A stretch of DNA of 64,000 nucleotides, taken from positions 9,759 to 73,758 of the forward strand of contig JANNAO010000406.1 of the NCBI GenBank assembly GCA_031384405.1, read 5' to 3'. Made by a program: the position numbers and the translations under genes. The notes beneath the pieces were generated by a model that was not told where the DNA came from, did no database searches, and was given only the letters and a program-made list of their open reading frames with translations. The stretch's first letter is position 1. Each line of letters starts with the position of its first letter. The stretch is from Verrucomicrobiota bacterium. GTDB taxonomy: Bacteria > Verrucomicrobiota > Verrucomicrobiia > Limisphaerales > JADLHS01. This document shows positions 47,263-56,598 of this stretch, piece by piece.

Positions 47263-48477
47263 TTGCGGAACACTCGCGACGTGCTTGATCTGGAAACGGC
47301 CCTCGCCCGATTGTTGGAAACGATCCCGCCTCCCACGGCGGAACGTGTCCCGCTGACGGACTCCGCCGGGCGTTTCCTCGCGGAAAAAATCAGCTCGTCT
47401 CTCGATCTTCCACCGTTCGACAACTCCGCGATGGATGGCTACGCCGTGCAGGCTGCGGATGTGCGCGGCGCGCGGGCAGATGCTCCCATCACTCTCAAGC
47501 TTGCCGCGAAGATTTCTGCGGGAGAATTGTTCACGGGAGAATTACTCGCTGGTGAGTGCGCGCGCATCTTCACCGGCGCACCGTTGCCGCGTGGTGCAGA
47601 TGCTGTGGTGATGCAGGAGGACGCGCGTGCTTCAGGCGAGATTGTTTCAATCTTGGATGAAGCCGCATCAGGAGAGAACGTCCGCAGGTGTGGCGAGGAT
47701 GTGAAGCAAGGCGAGATGCTGGCGGACGTTGGCGAAGACCTGTCTCCGGGCAGAGTCGCACTGCTGGCGGCCACTGGTTTCTCCACGGTTCTTGTTGGAC
47801 GCAGGCCCAACGTCGCGCTGGTCGCCACGGGTTCAGAGCTGCGCGCGCCGGGCGATCCACTTCAGCCTGGGCAGATTTTCGAGAGCAACCGCGCCATGCT
47901 GTCACCGCTCATCACGGGATGCGGCGGATTGCCCACTTTTTTCCCTCTCGTGCTAGACACTCTCGACGCCACGCGCGCCGCTCTGCAAACGGCTTTTTCC
48001 ACCAGCAACATCGTGGTGACTTCCGGCGGCGTGTCTGTGGGCGAGATGGATTACGTGAAGGCCGCATTTGAATCGCTTGGGGGCGAACTTCAATTCTGGA
48101 AAGTGGCGATGCGTCCCGGAAAACCGTTCGTGTTCGGACGACTCAGTGAAAAGTTTCTGTTCGGACTGCCGGGCAATCCTGTTTCTGCGTTCGTCACGTT
48201 CTTGTTGTTGGTGCGGCCCGCCCTGCTGCGCTGGCAGGGCGCGAAGACCATTTCGCTGCCCACTCACACCGCCGTGTTGGGAGAATCCATTTCCAATCCA
48301 GGTGACCGCCGACATTTCGTTCGCGTGCGAACAGGAGCGGACGGAAAGATTTTCTCTGCTGGAAAACAAGCATCCCACGCGCTGAGTTCGCTGGCGGCTG
48401 CGGATGGGTTGTTGGATGTGCCGCCTCGCACGACCTTCTCTGACGGCTCGCGAGTTGATGTTCTGCGCTGTGTTTGA
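47263..48477 (+). CDS. moeA: molybdopterin molybdotransferase MoeA
   Basis: LPPFDNSAMDGYAV motif and SGGVSVGEMDYV motif, 404 aa. The first codon at 47263 is TTG, so the start is uncertain by a few codons. Confidence 0.9.
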   Translation: MRNTRDVLDLETALARLLETIPPPTAERVPLTDSAGRFLAEKISSSLDLPPFDNSAMDGYAVQAADVRGARADAPITLKLAAKISAGELFTGELLAGECARIFTGAPLPRGADAVVMQEDARASGEIVSILDEAASGENVRRCGEDVKQGEMLADVGEDLSPGRVALLAATGFSTVLVGRRPNVALVATGSELRAPGDPLQPGQIFESNRAMLSPLITGCGGLPTFFPLVLDTLDATRAALQTAFSTSNIVVTSGGVSVGEMDYVKAAFESLGGELQFWKVAMRPGKPFVFGRLSEKFLFGLPGNPVSAFVTFLLLVRPALLRWQGAKTISLPTHTAVLGESISNPGDRRHFVRVRTGADGKIFSAGKQASHALSSLAAADGLLDVPPRTTFSDGSRVDVLRCV

Positions 48478-48478
48478 C

Positions 48479-49561
48479 TCAGCGCCGCGTTGGCGGATTG
48501 AACGTGGAGGGTTTCATCTTCGGTTGTTGCACTGGCGCAACCGGCGTCGAAAGCCGCGCGGCGTCAGACGATGCGTAATCCTGCAATCCCACCGGCCTTC
48601 CGGCTGTGCCGACGATACCAGATGATTTGGAGAATGAACTGCCCAAGACTGGCGTCGCTGTTGCGGGCTTGCTAGAAAACGTTGGAGCTGGAGTGATGTA
48701 GCCCGGGCGTTGACCGGATTTTTCTGTGCTGCCGTAAGTAGATGCTTTCGGAAGATAGTTGTTGTTTTGAGGCTGGCTGTAGGTCGGGCCATCCAACAAC
48801 TTCTTGAAATTCTCCATCCGCGTTTCGCGTTGAATCATCGCGCGGTCAACTCCATTTCCGCTCGGTGACCCGACCCGTCCTCCCTCCGGCATCTTTCCCG
48901 TTCTGGAAAATAAATTATCCGTGGCGGCGTTGTTTGAACTCTGGCCGTATGCCTTTGAATAGATGTCCTGTTCACGTCCTGCATTGTGGCGATTGGACTC
49001 TAGCGCGTGCTTTTCTTCGGTAGTGCGCTCCTTCTTGTTTCCAAACAGGTCTAGCGTGTTGCTCTTATTCGTTCGCACACCTTGTTCTTTTTCCAGCCGT
49101 TCGTAGTAGCGATCCAGCGGCGATAGAGATTTGGTTTTCCGCAAAGGATCCATGGTGGAATCCGGAGACTTGAAAGGGTCGTTCAAATCTTCCTGATCGC
49201 TTTGTTTGCCGTTCAGGAATTGTTCCTCCGCGTTCTTTTCCAGAATTGCCTTGAGACTGGATCGGTTCACCGGCTGGGGCGCGTTATTGATTCGTTGGGC
49301 TGGTTTGAACCTCGGCTGGGTCGGGCCTGAATCAAAAATCTCAAACGGCTTTCTGATCTCCGACTCCAGATTCTTGAACGGCGACTTCTTCTCGTTGACC
49401 TCGTGAAGATTGGTCGAAATCGTATCGGCTTTCGGCGCGGAGAAGATGATGGGCGTGCCCCGATCCCGGCTGCGATCCTGCGCGTGCGTCACTGTCATCG
49501 CCACTACCAAGCAGGCTGCGGCGGTCGCAACCGTCTTTATGTTGGTGAAGATTTTTTTCAC
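48479..49561 (-). CDS. secreted low-complexity protein, unknown function
   Basis: Start placed at the in-frame GTG at 49561 (VKKIFTNIKTVATAAACLVVAMTVTHAQD, signal peptide). The rest is polar and low in complexity (S/N/P/K-rich). The longer ORF N-terminus has no signal and a poor sequence character. Confidence 0.5.
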   Translation of the reverse strand: MKKIFTNIKTVATAAACLVVAMTVTHAQDRSRDRGTPIIFSAPKADTISTNLHEVNEKKSPFKNLESEIRKPFEIFDSGPTQPRFKPAQRINNAPQPVNRSSLKAILEKNAEEQFLNGKQSDQEDLNDPFKSPDSTMDPLRKTKSLSPLDRYYERLEKEQGVRTNKSNTLDLFGNKKERTTEEKHALESNRHNAGREQDIYSKAYGQSSNNAATDNLFSRTGKMPEGGRVGSPSGNGVDRAMIQRETRMENFKKLLDGPTYSQPQNNNYLPKASTYGSTEKSGQRPGYITPAPTFSSKPATATPVLGSSFSKSSGIVGTAGRPVGLQDYASSDAARLSTPVAPVQQPKMKPSTFNPPTRR

Positions 49562-49611
49562 GTTGGGAATCCTACCAGATGCCGACCCTGTTTCAATAGT
49601 CGTCTTAGGGT

Positions 49612-50358
49612 TCAATCCGTCGCCGCGAGCGACATCTCGCGCGTGTAAAACAAGATGCGTCCGCAGTTGATGCAGGTGACGATCTCCTGATGCGACTGGC
49701 AGGCCACGAGCGATTGCGCGGGCAACTTCATGTGACAACCACCACACACGCCGTGCTGCACTCCCACGAGCACGTTATCGCCCTTGCTCTTGGCCAACCG
49801 CTCATATTTGCCGCGTGTGGACTCATCCACGGCTGTGGCCAACGCTTCACGATCACTTTGCAGTGTGCCGAGTTCTTTCTTCATGTTGGTTTCGCGCTCG
49901 CCCAGAAGTGAAACCAAACTGTCCGCATTTTTCTTCGCCTCGGCAGCCTCGGCGGTGAGTCGCACCAAATCCTTCTGCGCCACCTCTGCCTGTTCCATCA
50001 ATGCAATCTCCTGATCCTCAATCTTGGCGATGTCCGCCTTGCAACCCTCAATTTCATGCGCGAGCGCCTTGTATTCCTCGTTCTTACGCGTCTGCAACTG
50101 TTGGTTCGCGTATTTGGAAATCTGTTGCTGCTTGGCGTCCACGTCGAGTTCGAGGCGTTTGCGGTCGGATTCGATCTGGCGCAGGCGCAATTTTCCGGCT
50201 TCGAGCGCGGCTTGGGTGCTGGCGGTTTTACCTTTGAGAGTCTGACGTTCGGGTTCGATGTTCGACAACTCGGCTTGCGCACGGCGAATCTTGCGGTCGC
50301 GATCCTGCAGGATGAGGAGTTTTTCAATGGCTTCGAGCATTGAACGCAGCCTATCCAT
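49612..50358 (-). CDS. coiled-coil protein with C-terminal C4 zinc ribbon (COG1579/DUF164-type)
   Basis: A long coiled coil is followed by VCGGCHMKLP...VTCINCGRILFY. The start is either ATG 50358 (MDRLRS) or ATG 50340 (MLEAIEKLLILQDRD). Confidence 0.75.
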   Translation of the reverse strand: MDRLRSMLEAIEKLLILQDRDRKIRRAQAELSNIEPERQTLKGKTASTQAALEAGKLRLRQIESDRKRLELDVDAKQQQISKYANQQLQTRKNEEYKALAHEIEGCKADIAKIEDQEIALMEQAEVAQKDLVRLTAEAAEAKKNADSLVSLLGERETNMKKELGTLQSDREALATAVDESTRGKYERLAKSKGDNVLVGVQHGVCGGCHMKLPAQSLVACQSHQEIVTCINCGRILFYTREMSLAATD

Positions 50359-50397
50359 CGCTGCGCGGCAAGTCAATCAGCGCAAACTTTTTCCCCT

Positions 50398-51000
50398 TCA
50401 CCGCGCACCGCTACTCTTCATCCAGAGCTGCACGAGCGCGCTAGAAAAATCTCCTGCCGTGTTCAGGTTGCGGAACACCTGATTCTGAAGATTCACAGTC
50501 GTCTGCCGGTTGTTCCTCTGATTCTTGAGATCAAGGTAGGAGATTTTTGCGATGGAGAAATTCGCCACTTCGATCCCTTTGAATTCCACCGCACCTGTCG
50601 GCGGCTTGAGTTTGGCAGCCGCCATCATGTTGACGATGTTTGTCTGGCCGAGATCGTTTTTAACTACCGCCATTTCTCCGATGTTCAACTTGAGCAGCTT
50701 GAAGTGCAGTTCGCGATGAGCCAACGCTTCGCGGTCGAACTCGATGTGCATTTCGCGGATGTGGAGAAACGGAGTGCCGCCAAAGTCCGCCGTGTTGTAG
50801 AGCGTGAGATTCTGGATGGTGGCAATCGGCGAAAGAAGTTTCGTGGACAATTTCCCGATCTTCACATCCATGCCGGTCTGTGCTCGTATCTGTTGCTCCA
50901 TCGCCGACTTGGCGATCTTGTCCCGCGACAGCACCAGTCCCACCGCCACTGCGACGATGACCAGCGTGACGATCAGCAGCCATTTGATCAGGCGTAACAT
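50398..51000 (-). CDS. membrane-anchored protein, unknown function
   Basis: Start trimmed to the ATG at 51000 (MLRLIKWLLIVTLVIVAVAVGLVL, TM anchor), about 200 aa. It resembles the N-terminus of AsmA-like proteins only weakly. Confidence 0.5.
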   Translation of the reverse strand: MLRLIKWLLIVTLVIVAVAVGLVLSRDKIAKSAMEQQIRAQTGMDVKIGKLSTKLLSPIATIQNLTLYNTADFGGTPFLHIREMHIEFDREALAHRELHFKLLKLNIGEMAVVKNDLGQTNIVNMMAAAKLKPPTGAVEFKGIEVANFSIAKISYLDLKNQRNNRQTTVNLQNQVFRNLNTAGDFSSALVQLWMKSSGAR

Positions 51001-51104
51001 GCCGCGAGTATGAGTCGGGCCAGAACGTGGCTCAATGATGAATGCGGTTGAGACGCCAACCAAACGACTCGCGTCCGGCTGAAACTTTTGTCACCGTTCT
51101 GACA

Positions 51105-53279
51105 ATGGAACTGCGGGAATTTGCCGAGCGCGTTTTGTTCGCCACGAGTCTGGAGGAAAAAATCCAGTCGCCCGGCATCATCACCGACGAACATCCCGGC
51201 CCGGCTCTCGTCACTCCCGATGCGCCAGGTCGTCCGCGCGGTTTGAACTTCAAGATCACCGGCACAGCGCGCGGTGAATTTCCCGGCACTCGGCTTCTGG
51301 AGCAAAACCACGAGCGCGGTCGTCTGCTGCATTTCTTCGCCAATCACGAGTTGCTCGCCACGGAATTGATGGCTCTCGTGCTTTTGAAATTTCCCGATGC
51401 GCCCGCCGCCTTCCGCAAAGGCGTACTCGAAACCCTCAAGGACGAACAGGAACACACACGCCTCTACATGGAGCGGATGAAATCGTGCGGCATAGAGTTC
51501 GGTTCGATCCCTGTGAGCGGCTATTTCTTGCGCGCGGTGACCGGCATGGAAAGCCCTATGGATTACGTCGCTGGTCTGAGCCTGACGTTCGAGCAGGCGA
51601 ATCTGGACTTCGCCCGCCACTTCTCGTCGTGCTTCGCGGAAATCGGCGATGCGGAGTCCGCCAAGCTGTTGCAGAAGATTTATCGCGACGAGATCGGCCA
51701 TGTGGCTTACGGACTAAAATGGTTTCGTCGCTGGAAGAATCCGAGCGAGAGCGATTGGGCCGCGTTCTGTCGGCAACTGAAATTTCCCTTGTCTCCTGCG
51801 CGCGCGAAGGGTCTTTCATTGAATGTTGAAGGCCGGCGCGCTGCGGGTCTGCCGTTGGACTTCATCGAAAACCTCAGCGTCTTCTCCCAATCCAAAGGTC
51901 GCACGCCAACGGTGTTTGTTTTCAACCCACTCACCGAAGCGCGCATCGCCGGTGGCAAAAACTTCTCTCCCAAGAAACATCAGGCGCAAATCGTCCGCGA
52001 CCTTTCCAACCTGCCACAATTCCTCTGTCGCCAGGATGACATCGTGTTGGTGGAGCGGCGACCGAGCGTGCATTTTCTCAGCGGTTTGAAGGACGCAGGA
52101 TTCACGCTGCCGGAGTTCGCGGAATCTGTCGCGCCGCTCGTGGAACGAAAGCTCGGCGCGCTGCGACCGTGGGCTTGGGGTCCGGACAGCGTGGCGTTGT
52201 TTGAACCTCTCTTCGCCAATCTGAAAGAACAACGCCGCACGCCAGAAGTTTGTTTCAATGACAGAATCTCCGCGCTCTACTCGAAGTCTTGGAGTGCGTC
52301 GTTTCTGCGGAACTTTCTTATTTCGAGACCCCGTGAGGAATCTCACTCTTCAAAATCGGCAATCGCCAATCAGCAATCGCCAATGGAATGCTGGCTCTGC
52401 TCGGAAGCGGAGATTGGTATGGCGGTGAACTCTGTTAATGCCGCTCTGGACGCCGTCGCCTCCATCCGTGCGCGCGGTCATCACAAGGTTGTTCTCAAGG
52501 AATCCATCGGTGTGGCCGGCAGCAATTCCATCCGTCTGCTCGAACCTGAAGTCTTGGACAAACAGAAAAGTTGGATCGCCAACGCCGTGGATTCAGGACG
52601 TGAAGTGGTGGTTGAACCCTGGCTGGATCGCGTGCTGGATTTCTCCGCACAACTGGAGATGACAACGGCAGGCATTAAACTCTGCGGCTACACCGGATTG
52701 CTCAACGACGCGAAAGGACAGTTCCAAGCCAACTGGGCTGAACCAAAACACGAACGCTCTTTCCCTGCGACGGTTCTCTCCACTCTGGGAGTCACTCCTC
52801 GCGCTGTAAATGAAATCCAGATTTTCTACACCAACTTGTTCGCTGCGTTGGAGAAAGAACTGCGGCTCGTGGATTTCCTCGGCCCGCTCGGCATTGATTG
52901 CTTCGTCTATCGTGACGCCACTGGTTCAATGAAGCTCAAACCTGTCGTAGAAATAAACCCGCGCTACACGATGGGTCGTCTGACTGTAGAGTTGATGAAG
53001 AATGTTCACCAAGGTTGTTACGGATTGTTCCGCTTGGTGAATCGCCCGGCTCTCAAAGCGGAAGGTTGTGACAATTTCAAAACCTACGCCGCACAGCAGC
53101 AGGAAAAGTTTCCTGTGCGTCTGGAGGGTTCAACTCACCCAAGAATCCGCGATGGCTTCGTCTGCCTCACCGACCCGGAACAAGCTGAGGTTTGTCTCGC
53201 CTCGTTCCAAGTCTTCCGCGATCAATCCACATTTCATCTCAACCTCCGAAGTAGCGGCAAGCATCCCTGCTTGCCGTAG
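51105..53279 (+). CDS. fusion protein: N-terminal DUF455 (ferritin-like di-iron) domain + C-terminal ATP-grasp-like domain
   Basis: Start trimmed to the ATG at 51105 (MELREFAERVLF...). The N-terminal ~250 aa carry ExxH-type motifs HFFANHELLATELMAL, LKDEQEHTRLYMERM, FEQANLDF and YRDEIGHVAYGLKWF. The C-terminal ~450 aa contain HHKVVLKESIGVAGSNSIRLLE, VVVEPWLDRVLDFSAQLE and VVEINPRYTMG, which are reminiscent of ATP-grasp folds. The last ~10 codons and the stop lie inside a repeat element. Confidence 0.65.
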   Translation: MELREFAERVLFATSLEEKIQSPGIITDEHPGPALVTPDAPGRPRGLNFKITGTARGEFPGTRLLEQNHERGRLLHFFANHELLATELMALVLLKFPDAPAAFRKGVLETLKDEQEHTRLYMERMKSCGIEFGSIPVSGYFLRAVTGMESPMDYVAGLSLTFEQANLDFARHFSSCFAEIGDAESAKLLQKIYRDEIGHVAYGLKWFRRWKNPSESDWAAFCRQLKFPLSPARAKGLSLNVEGRRAAGLPLDFIENLSVFSQSKGRTPTVFVFNPLTEARIAGGKNFSPKKHQAQIVRDLSNLPQFLCRQDDIVLVERRPSVHFLSGLKDAGFTLPEFAESVAPLVERKLGALRPWAWGPDSVALFEPLFANLKEQRRTPEVCFNDRISALYSKSWSASFLRNFLISRPREESHSSKSAIANQQSPMECWLCSEAEIGMAVNSVNAALDAVASIRARGHHKVVLKESIGVAGSNSIRLLEPEVLDKQKSWIANAVDSGREVVVEPWLDRVLDFSAQLEMTTAGIKLCGYTGLLNDAKGQFQANWAEPKHERSFPATVLSTLGVTPRAVNEIQIFYTNLFAALEKELRLVDFLGPLGIDCFVYRDATGSMKLKPVVEINPRYTMGRLTVELMKNVHQGCYGLFRLVNRPALKAEGCDNFKTYAAQQQEKFPVRLEGSTHPRIRDGFVCLTDPEQAEVCLASFQVFRDQSTFHLNLRSSGKHPCLP

Positions 53280-53422
53280 AGCCGGGCTTCTAGCCCGGCG
53301 GAAATATCTACACGAATCAAGAGGGATTCAGAAGGGTCGAGAGTTACAAAAATTCAATTGCCTTTGTCCGGGCCGCAGGGATGCCCGCCCTCTACAGCAG
53401 GCAAAGATGCCTGCTGCTACAC
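53251..53422. repeat. cluster of GC hairpin repeats (same family as 42284..42460, plus a gccgggc-ttcta-gcccggc hairpin)
   Basis: 53251..53281 is gtagcggcaagcatccctgcttgccgtagag. 53281..53299 is gccgggcttctagcccggc. 53371..53395 is ggccgcagggatgcccgccctctac. 53396..53422 is agcaggcaaagatgcctgctgctacac. Confidence 0.7.
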
Positions 53423-53450
53423 CCTTCGTTCTTCCACGATCAATCCGCGT

Positions 53451-54560
53451 TCAGCTCAACCGCATGGGCATGACGACGTAGAGGAACGGCCCGTTGATCT
53501 TGAGAACTCCGGGGCTGAGTTCGTCAATCAACTCGATGAACACTTCGTCCTGCGTCAGCGCGTTCAACGGATCAATCATGTATTTCGGATTGAACGCAAT
53601 GGACATCTCCTTGCCTTTGTAATTCACCGCCATGCTTTCGCGCGCTTCGCCGACTTCCGGACTGTTGGCTGTGATGGCGAGATTGTTCTTTCCGAACGTG
53701 AGCTTCACAGAATTTGCCTTCTCACTCGTCATTATCTCAGCGCGTTTGAGGGCGTGGAGAAATTCTTCGCGCGGCAGGCTGATGCGTTCCTTAGCTTCAC
53801 CAGGGATCACCTGACGATAGTTCGGATAATTTCCTTCGATCAGCTTGGAGATGATGACCACGGAGAATCCCTTGTCATCGTTCAGCGTGAACTCGGCTTG
53901 ATTGTCCGCGTATTTGATCGTGACGTCGCCCTTGTCTTGAAGCAGACGGTTCAACTCATTGACCGCTTTGGCCGGAATGATGAATTCCCCCTGGCTGTGT
54001 TCGGAAATGTCCACTTCCTCATCCGTCAACGCCAGACGCCTTCCGTCCGTAGCCACGATGGTCATCTTGTGTTCTTTGAGACTAATGAAAATCCCGTTCA
54101 ACACGTAACGCGCCTCGTCGGTCGAGATGGCGAAGGATGTTTTCTTCATCATCGCCTTCAACTTGTCCTGCGGCAGAGTTACTTTCTTGTCGTCCTTGAA
54201 CTTGTTGATGGGCGGAAACTCTTCGGCTGACAAACCGTGGATTTTGTAAAAAGACGAACCAGAACGAACGCTACAAATATTTTTTTCATCCACTTCAAGA
54301 TCAATCTCGCCGCCTGCCAATTCGCGTGTGATGCCAAAAAGTTTTTTTACGGGAATCGTTGTTGACCCTGCTTTCTTGACGGTGGCTTCGACGCTGCAAG
54401 AAACGGTTACGTCGAGATCCGTGGCGGTGAACTCCAGTTTGTTGCCTTCAGCGCGCACGAGCACGTTGGAAAGAATTGGCAACGTCGTGCGAGAGCCGAC
54501 AACGTTTTGGACGGCTTGGAGTCCGTTGAGCAATTGCTCCTTGGAGATGGTCAGGTTCAT
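53451..54560 (-). CDS. dnaN: DNA polymerase III beta sliding clamp
   Basis: 369 aa. MNLTISKEQLLNGLQAVQNVVGSRTTLPILSNVLVRAEGNKLEFTATDLDV is the classic DnaN N-terminus, and the C-terminal end reads VVMPMRL. Confidence 0.95.
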   Translation of the reverse strand: MNLTISKEQLLNGLQAVQNVVGSRTTLPILSNVLVRAEGNKLEFTATDLDVTVSCSVEATVKKAGSTTIPVKKLFGITRELAGGEIDLEVDEKNICSVRSGSSFYKIHGLSAEEFPPINKFKDDKKVTLPQDKLKAMMKKTSFAISTDEARYVLNGIFISLKEHKMTIVATDGRRLALTDEEVDISEHSQGEFIIPAKAVNELNRLLQDKGDVTIKYADNQAEFTLNDDKGFSVVIISKLIEGNYPNYRQVIPGEAKERISLPREEFLHALKRAEIMTSEKANSVKLTFGKNNLAITANSPEVGEARESMAVNYKGKEMSIAFNPKYMIDPLNALTQDEVFIELIDELSPGVLKINGPFLYVVMPMRLS

Positions 54561-54763
54561 GCGTGTCTAATATAGATGATTCTTTTTCTACAAAAAGTAT
54601 TCTTATTAAGGTCTGTGAATAAGGCGTGAAACTTTTATTACACAAGCCTGTCAACGAAATCGGATGAAATGAAACCGGAAACAAAATCGCGACGCCAGTT
54701 AAAAAGTGGAAAGTTGTCGGCCTTATTCACAATTCCACCAATCTGTTCACAAAAGTTTCCCGC
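54561..54763. promoter_or_regulatory. AT-rich spacer with DnaA-box-like 9-mers upstream of dnaN
   Basis: TGTGAATAA at 54614..54622 and TTATTCACA at 54723..54731 both fit TTATNCACA and are in inverted orientation. Weaker sites are tattacaca (54636..54644) and ctgttcaca (54743..54751). An AT-rich tract ctaatatagatgattctttttctacaaaaagtattcttattaagg lies next to the dnaN start. Confidence 0.45.
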
Positions 54764-55915
54764 TTACTTGGCACCTTGTGCGCGACGTACCACTTCAGGG
54801 AGTGAACCGATCACAAATTCGACTTCGTCCATCGTTGAATCGCGCCCCAGAGAGAATCGAACGAGTGAGTTTGCCAGCTTTTGATCCACGCCAAGTGCAG
54901 AGACGACGTGAGACGGTTCTAATGAGCCAGCGGAACACGCAGAGCCGCTGCTCGCGCAAATGCCTTCCAAGTCCAAGCACGCCATCAGGGCGATGCTGTC
55001 TGCGCCTTCAACAACGAAGGAAACCGTGTTGGCTAGCCGTTGCTCGCGAGAACCGATCCGCTGGAGTGATGAAATGGAATCCACAGCGGCTATCAGCCGG
55101 TTCGAAAGGAAAGAAAGTTTTTGTGTATCGAAGACAGGGGTTTTAACGAACCTATCCAAGGCTTCCACCAAACCAGCGATGGCAGGAAGATTTTCAGTGC
55201 CAGCGCGACGCTCATTCTCATGGCCGCCACCGAAAAGAATCGGGTCAGGTAACAGCGGCGAACGGATGTAGAGAAGTCCCGCGCCCTTTGGTCCATGAAA
55301 CTTGTGTGCGCAAACCGAAACGAGGTCGGCATTGAACTGATGGATGTCCTTGAACGGCTCTTTGCCGAACCACTGAACGGCGTCTGTGTGAAAAATAATT
55401 CCACGATCCCGACAGGTTGATCCCAATTCCGGCACGGGTTGAATCGTGCCGATCTCGTTGTTGGCAGCCATCACAGAAACCAGCGTTGTGTCCGGGCGGA
55501 TGGCTTTCTTCAAATCATCGGGCGAAACGCGACCGGAAGAATCCACCGGCAGGCGAGTGACTTTGAAACCTTCCTTCGATTCCAGGTAATCGAAGCAATG
55601 CAGCACGGCATGATGTTCGATGGCGGACGTGATGAGATGTTTGCCTTTGTGAGCCAGAAGGCGCGCTGTACCGAAGATGGCGAGGTTGTTGGACTCCGAA
55701 CCGCCGCTGGTAAAGATGACTTCGCTGGGCTTGGCCTTGAGAAAAACGGCAGCGCGGTCGCGCAAATCGTCCAGAACAGAACGCGCCCGCTGACCGATGT
55801 GATGAACACTGGAGGGATTACCCCAATTGTCTGAGAGAAACGGAATCATCACGTCGCGGACCGATGGATCAAGCGGCGTGGTGGCGTTGTAATCGAAGTA
55901 AATGGTGCGAGGCAT
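54764..55915 (-). CDS. cysteine desulfurase (NifS/IscS class)
   Basis: 383 aa. IYFDYNATTPL N-terminus, PLP-lysine region SVCAHKFHGPKG, and active-site loop SSGSACSAGS. Confidence 0.9.
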   Translation of the reverse strand: MPRTIYFDYNATTPLDPSVRDVMIPFLSDNWGNPSSVHHIGQRARSVLDDLRDRAAVFLKAKPSEVIFTSGGSESNNLAIFGTARLLAHKGKHLITSAIEHHAVLHCFDYLESKEGFKVTRLPVDSSGRVSPDDLKKAIRPDTTLVSVMAANNEIGTIQPVPELGSTCRDRGIIFHTDAVQWFGKEPFKDIHQFNADLVSVCAHKFHGPKGAGLLYIRSPLLPDPILFGGGHENERRAGTENLPAIAGLVEALDRFVKTPVFDTQKLSFLSNRLIAAVDSISSLQRIGSREQRLANTVSFVVEGADSIALMACLDLEGICASSGSACSAGSLEPSHVVSALGVDQKLANSLVRFSLGRDSTMDEVEFVIGSLPEVVRRAQGAK

Positions 55916-55917
55916 GG

Positions 55918-56598
55918 CTAATAGATGGCGGTTTCACTGCCGAATCCTGGCGGGACGGCGGAGGGATTTGCGAAGCGTTCCTCCAACCACGGATCAGCCG
56001 TGTTCGAGTAACCGCGCACTTCCCAGAAGCCGAGGATGTCGCGATCCATGAAGGTGATTTCGCGGATGAACTTCGCGCCCTTCCACGCATAACGCTTCGG
56101 GATGATCAAGCGCGCTGGGCCGCCGTGTTCCTTGGTCAGTGGCTTGCCGTTCCACGAATGAGCGATCATCACATCGTCATCCATGCAGACGGATAAAGGA
56201 TTGTTGGTGGAGTATCCGTCGTAGCTCTTGAAGAAAACGTGTGACGCTTCGGGCTTGGGTTTAACAAGGTCAGCCAGCGTGAAGAACGCCACGCCCGCGA
56301 ACTCCATGTCGAACTGACTCCAAGTAGTGACGCAATGAAAGTCGCTGACATCTTTGAATTGCGGCAGCGCGCGAAAATCTTTCCACGATAGCGTCACAGG
56401 ATTTTTCACCTTGCCACCAATCTTGAGTTCCCACTTATCCAGCGGCACATCAGGATGCACACCGAGATCGAGCACGGGAAAGTTGTGCACCTGCCGTTGG
56501 CCGGGCGGCAAACGATTCGCCGAGCGCACGACGGGCGTGGCTTTGCCTGCCATCTTCTGCGCCCAACGTTCTTTAGCCGCGATGTAGGAATCTTTCAT
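55918..56598 (-). CDS. sulfite-oxidase-like molybdopterin-dependent oxidoreductase (small, soluble type)
   Basis: 226 aa. WELKIGGKVKNPVTLSWKDFRALP, FHCVTTWS and HGGPARLIIP are motifs of the molybdopterin-binding oxidoreductase domain. It ends 2 nt before the desulfurase start. Confidence 0.8.
   Translation of the reverse strand: MKDSYIAAKERWAQKMAGKATPVVRSANRLPPGQRQVHNFPVLDLGVHPDVPLDKWELKIGGKVKNPVTLSWKDFRALPQFKDVSDFHCVTTWSQFDMEFAGVAFFTLADLVKPKPEASHVFFKSYDGYSTNNPLSVCMDDDVMIAHSWNGKPLTKEHGGPARLIIPKRYAWKGAKFIREITFMDRDILGFWEVRGYSNTADPWLEERFANPSAVPPGFGSETAIY

Noticed and set aside
54561-54763. Calling this spacer the definitive oriC
   Set aside because: It is only 203 bp with two strong boxes. No dnaA is adjacent, and gene-strand bias does not visibly flip here. 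It is kept as a candidate finding only.
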